Positions 59,162 to 64,000 of a DNA stretch of 64,000 nucleotides are shown here, piece by piece. The DNA is taken from positions 1 through 64,000 of the forward strand of contig CM039007.1 in the NCBI GenBank assembly GCA_017499595.2. Direction: 5' to 3'. Position 1 is the stretch's first letter. The number at the start of each line of letters is the position of its first letter. Position numbers and translations under genes: made by a program. The DNA comes from Psilocybe cubensis. Its lineage: Eukaryota. Below the pieces are notes generated by a model, which saw only the letters and a list, made by a program, of their open reading frames with translations, did not search any database and had not been told where the DNA came from.

Positions 59162-61342
59162 CGTCAAAGAAAGGAGTGTAGCGATAGACAGATAATACCA
59201 AGTAGCACGAGGATACCGATACTGACTTGAGTTGAATTTGTCGACAAGGAAGCATTATGCGGGTTGCGTTGAACATCGCAAATTGTGTGGAGAATGAAAT
59301 GCGTAGCCAGGTGTCTTTATAAGCCACCTCTTCATAATATGGCACAGTCTTCTCAAAGATTACACGGTTATCTACAGTTACATTTATAAAAGTTCCACAT
59401 TGTTCGTATTCCATATGATGACCAGCTACTAAAACCTCCATTACCGCGTCTTCTTCGGTTATATAACTCGTCCCGGACTGAGCCATAAGGCTCACAAGTC
59501 ACGATGATATATGCTCATTACCCATTTCCCCTAGACCCCAGATAGTGACATAAATCAACACAATAATAGCCAATACGCGACGCTGCAAAGAAACACCTTC
59601 CCTTGTATATGACGACAGTTCCTGGTACTGATGGGTCTGATATAGCCGTCGACCGACTCGGACATTCTATATGTTTCCAAACGAGTTGAAATCCAGGGAA
59701 AACAAACATACCACGATGTCAATCCCTCCATCGACGATGCCCAAGAACTATGAAATGCTTCAAGCCCATACCGTATCTAGATTAAAGGTCATGAGCGGAA
59801 CTGATAAATATGAGAAACAGAAACAGGCCTCAAAGCGCAGCGAGATGCAAAAGAAATTTTCAAGCGTCTAAGGCAAGACCAATTCTATACGCCTGCCTCA
59901 AGGTCGCATATATTCACCATACCCATACAGATGACCGGGATTCTGGTGACTGTAGTGAAGAACAGCCTCGTAACTGATGAACTGAGAAACGCATACGTGC
60001 GCGGCGCAACATATTGTAAATGCGAACTGATTAAAAGCTAGGGCGCTAAAATTCGATCAATAAGCAAACACAGAACAGTCTTGAATAAAAACGATAAAAC
60101 GGAAGGCGGGGGAATCGCATAAATAAGCCGAAAGCTCACCACGTCATATCTCAACTCATGCTCAGCCCACACCTTGACTCACAGCACCTCCGCATCGCCC
60201 ACTATCCTTGATGCGCGCTGTTGTCACACACGCATACCACCTCAGGCCTCATCCCCATTCCCCTTTCATAACCACTGATGCGCGTATATGCTCTCCAAGT
60301 AAGTCGGCGTATCGTATTCTGTGTCACTCTGAAAGTCTGAGGCCGAGTGGAGAAAGGTTTGTCCGGTTGAGGCGAGAGATGATGTTGTAGGGTTGTCGAC
60401 AGCTTTTGTGGAGGCAACATTGAAGGGAAGACGGAGAAGGGAAGTGACAAGCTGTGGAAACCGATCTTCGTCTGTACAGAGAAGCTACTGATTCGATGCG
60501 CACCTGTTTCCAATTGTATCCGATACCATTAGTAGCCTACACGGCACCCGACGAGTTACATACCAATGTTCCAACCCGCGATGTGATGTATTGGTATCAG
60601 TTTGGTGGAGGGATGTTTCTGGCCAGAGGGAGGAGCGTTAGCATGATGCTTTCAAAGAAGGGAGAGTTGAAACGTACATCGACAGTCTGTGAGTGACTCG
60701 TTCTGAACCCCCAACAAAAACCCAGCTGACCCACGGTAAGTGGAGGTGATGACGATCACCGTGGGAGTGCTGATATAGGGATTCAGAGTTCCCACTCTGA
60801 TCATGTTCCGGATGGTTGGGCATTAGAAGGTCCTTTGCTACCCAACCTGCCGTTTTGCAATATAATTAAATGCTCAGCGAGAGGTTTGCGATCGACGTCG
60901 AGGAGGAAACATCCGGATCTCCGAGTTGATATGCCGCGGATTCGTGACCATATTTCCGGAAGCAGAGTCGCAAAATGTCACTAACAAAGACGTCATCGTG
61001 AGTACCCGGAGGAATAGAACATAAATGCAATCGCAGTCAACGCCTGAAGCTGGCGATTGTATCCGCCACGGAGTAAGTACATTCTCACGCTTACAGCCAT
61101 CAATTATTGATTCTCAGATTCGGGGACAGCCGAATAGCAATAAGACAAGCCTAAAGGCGGGAAGACATGCCTTTGGACTACCGGTATAATGTAGTTCCTA
61201 CAGTTCTTTGGGTATATATACTACATCCAATCTTCATATTAAGCCTTGAATAACACAAAAAATCAAATAAATATCTAATTCACGCGGAAACAAAGGATGT
61301 CAAGAAATTTCTTTCAGCGCAAGTCGCGACGCGTTGACATGA
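59162..61342. repeat. Segmental duplication, copy 2 (lacks the MITE and its flanks)
   Basis: Collinear with 46385-49120. Confidence 0.88.
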
Positions 61343-62941
61343 TAGGAAAGGTGCGCCAATATTAATCGTGAGTCAAGCGGTTCCAGAGATGCAATATTTC
61401 CATCTCTGCATATATATATGCTGTAGATATATCATTACATCTGGTTGATGTCAACACCAAGTAAGTAGGATAACAGCTGGCTAACACCCGTGAAAATAAG
61501 AGAGAAGACCCGCATTAGTGAATTTTAACATGAAAATCAAGGATAGACATTTATGTGGTTAGGGTTTCCTAACACCAATGACTCGACAGTAAGAGACCGT
61601 CGGCTGCTAATTAGCGTGAGTACTATCTCACGTCTTCAGCAAAGGTAAGCCACAACTCCTTTGAGAACATAGCCATTCAGGTTCTAGCCTTTCTCGGTAG
61701 CTCCACCTTGATGTCGATTTCAACATTATGAACGACTCTGTGCAGTATTCCATGTACAGTGGATTTCAAAAAGAAACTTGGTCAAAAAGCCTTTCGGAAT
61801 GTTACTCCATCACATAAAAAAAGATTAACATCCCGGTTATCGAGAGATCAACAACGAGGTTCAGTTGCATCGATCACCGCCACCCTATCAAGTGGCTCTT
61901 TGGATCATCACAGAACATCTATTATTCTGATTCTATGATGATCCGCGGCGCGAGCTGGGCGCTGCCAGAGCGTCTAGATAAGACCCAGCATACCGGCACC
62001 TCAAGAGGGATGAAGGACAGCCAGGTGAAGTCGTCGTTACTTTTTTTTCCCATTTTTGAATCGACGGACATCTCCCTCCCAAATTCTCCTCGCCAGCGCG
62101 GATGAATGGAGCGCTCCGGGAAGCGACACGACTGGTGAGTACAGAGAAGAAACCCTGCACACGCTCTCTTTAGGAGGAAGTTTCTCACCAGGAAAAGGTC
62201 CGCGAGCAGGCGTGGACGCAGCGGCCGACCGGTTAGAAGCCGCTTGAGTGGCCCTGCCTATTCGGGGGTGGATGCAGATCAGAAGGCGTTTAGTGGCGGC
62301 CGTGATATCCCCCATGCTCTTATGCTCACGGAGGGAATACACTCACTCACTCCAAAGGACTTGTAATTCATATTAACCCTCATGGGCGCCTAATTCCACG
62401 TATAGTATCGATCAAGGACTTGAGTTAAAGTAAGCACAGTACGTCCTGAATTACTCTCTTTAATAGACATAACGAAAGACCTCTCGTAACCCAATAACTG
62501 TCATGTCGCACTGGTGTTCTAAAAATGAGCCGTGGGTCAACTACGACCCTTGATACATTAACAAGTAAGATTACACACGCGTCGAACACGTCTAGTCTTC
62601 TCTGATGTTCTAGGATACGTGCCTTGTGAGTCGTGTATCCTCGATGTCTTCATCTACACGTTGTTTGACAATGACATCGTGCCTGCGTGAGAAATCGACG
62701 AAGAGAACAATGGACTTCTAGGATTAACATGCAAGTAGCTTTTAGGCTGCTGTTTGACATACCAAATCTGGAGATTTCGAAACACCTCATGGCAGCACAT
62801 TTGACGCTCCGATAGATTTTGGTGAGTCAATCACTGCAAGTTTTAAACGGTGCGTTTTCTTCCCCTTCACTTTCGCTTCAAAATATCCCCTCTCACTTGC
62901 CTTCACAGCTCAATCTTTCCACTAGCGCTGCTGCCCGAAAT

Positions 62942-64000
62942 ATGTCCATGCAAAACCTATATCAAACCTCGTTACCCACATACGCTGCGGTTGTGCACTC
63001 TCCGCAGTCCGACTCTGATGCGTCTAGCGTCAACGTTGACATCAGTTACCGGGAGATGGACGCTTTTATAAATTACGACTACAACTCGGACTCCGAGAAC
63101 CCAAATCCAAGCGTTGGCCCGGATAGAACCACGGAATCAGAGCAGAAAGAGCGTCAAACAAACTCACCTCCAAGCGCCAACCCCCATTCCAACTCCCAAC
63201 GTCTCGACACATGCAATAGTTCGGTTCTTCAGCAACAGCTGCATACCCCTTCATATACCCATAAACCATCACGACCTAAATTTTTATGGCCAAGTTACTT
63301 GGTAAGGAGATTTTGTCGTTTTTCAACATAGTCATTCACTAAAAATTCTGCAATAACCAGACTCCTTGTCTACCATATCACAATGTCGTTCCGTACCCGG
63401 GATACGGTCCACCCATCTACGTGCCACCTTCAAGATACATATCTTCCTCGTCCTCCACATCGGATACTGCTGGCCTGCGGAAACGTAAAAGTTCAGGAAT
63501 AGGTTCTCGGAATGCAAAAAAGGTATGTACTCTCGACTCCTAGTCATTGTTTCAATGCCCAAAGGCTGACATTGGTTAACATCTTTAGGCGTCCACTCGG
63601 AAGCCTCGGAGGCGCGCACCTGTGATTCGGAAGGCGAAAGCACCTAAGCAGAATACCACGGGAGTGTTAACCCCGGCTCAGGTGGCGGCTTTGCCTTGCG
63701 AAGAGCACACGGATAGTGTCGTCGCTCGGATTCTGGGTCTAGCTCCCAATACCCGTTTGGAGGATGCGTGGCCACAGGAAATGGACCCGTGGCGTTACAA
63801 CAAAGTACAAGTACTGATGCTCACAATATGTTGCTCCCCAGGACATAGAGCAACGTTTGAAGAGATTGAAACATATCTCATCAGGAAGTACCCAGCACTT
63901 AAAACAACACTATATGGCAAAAAATGGCGGGTAAGCCCAAGGTTTCCTTTTGCACATTTTGCATTGTCGTGTAATTTTTCATGTTTGAAGGGGACGTTGC
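62942..64000 (+). CDS. Divergent forkhead (winged-helix) protein, running off the window; introns 63302-63360, 63523-63588 and 63931-63990
   Basis: Canonical GT-AG introns give one continuous frame, with basic NLS-like RKRK and RKPRRR and forkhead-like helices. Confidence 0.78.

Overview
Left end of a eukaryotic chromosome, probably from an agaricomycete fungus (50-65 nt spliceosomal introns, a NACHT gene, Ty1/copia), capped by (CCCTAAA)n. The first 19.4 kb is a head-to-tail array of endonuclease-less Penelope-like (Coprina-type) retroelements: three full copies, one 5'-truncated copy and three short fragments, separated by telomeric repeats. The elements show an RNA-processing toolkit. Each pseudo-LTR carries a type I hammerhead ribozyme. 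A 63-nt intron splits a telomeric tract, and two genomic copies carry the exact spliced junction. A covarying hairpin sits beside the telomere-annealing site. A GC-AG intron and a tandem -1 slippery site separate a basic ORF1 from the RT. Two ~80-nt 'strong-stop-like' fragments start at or next to the ribozyme cut site. A second, highly diverged family (23.9-27.0 kb) conserves the intron position, the hammerhead and the hairpin. Further in are two ends of a large DNA transposon, each apparently truncated by telomere healing, an importin-5 fragment, a 5'-truncated copia element, a hAT-like MITE, a segmental duplication, a NACHT NLR-like gene and an inverted pair of divergent forkhead genes.
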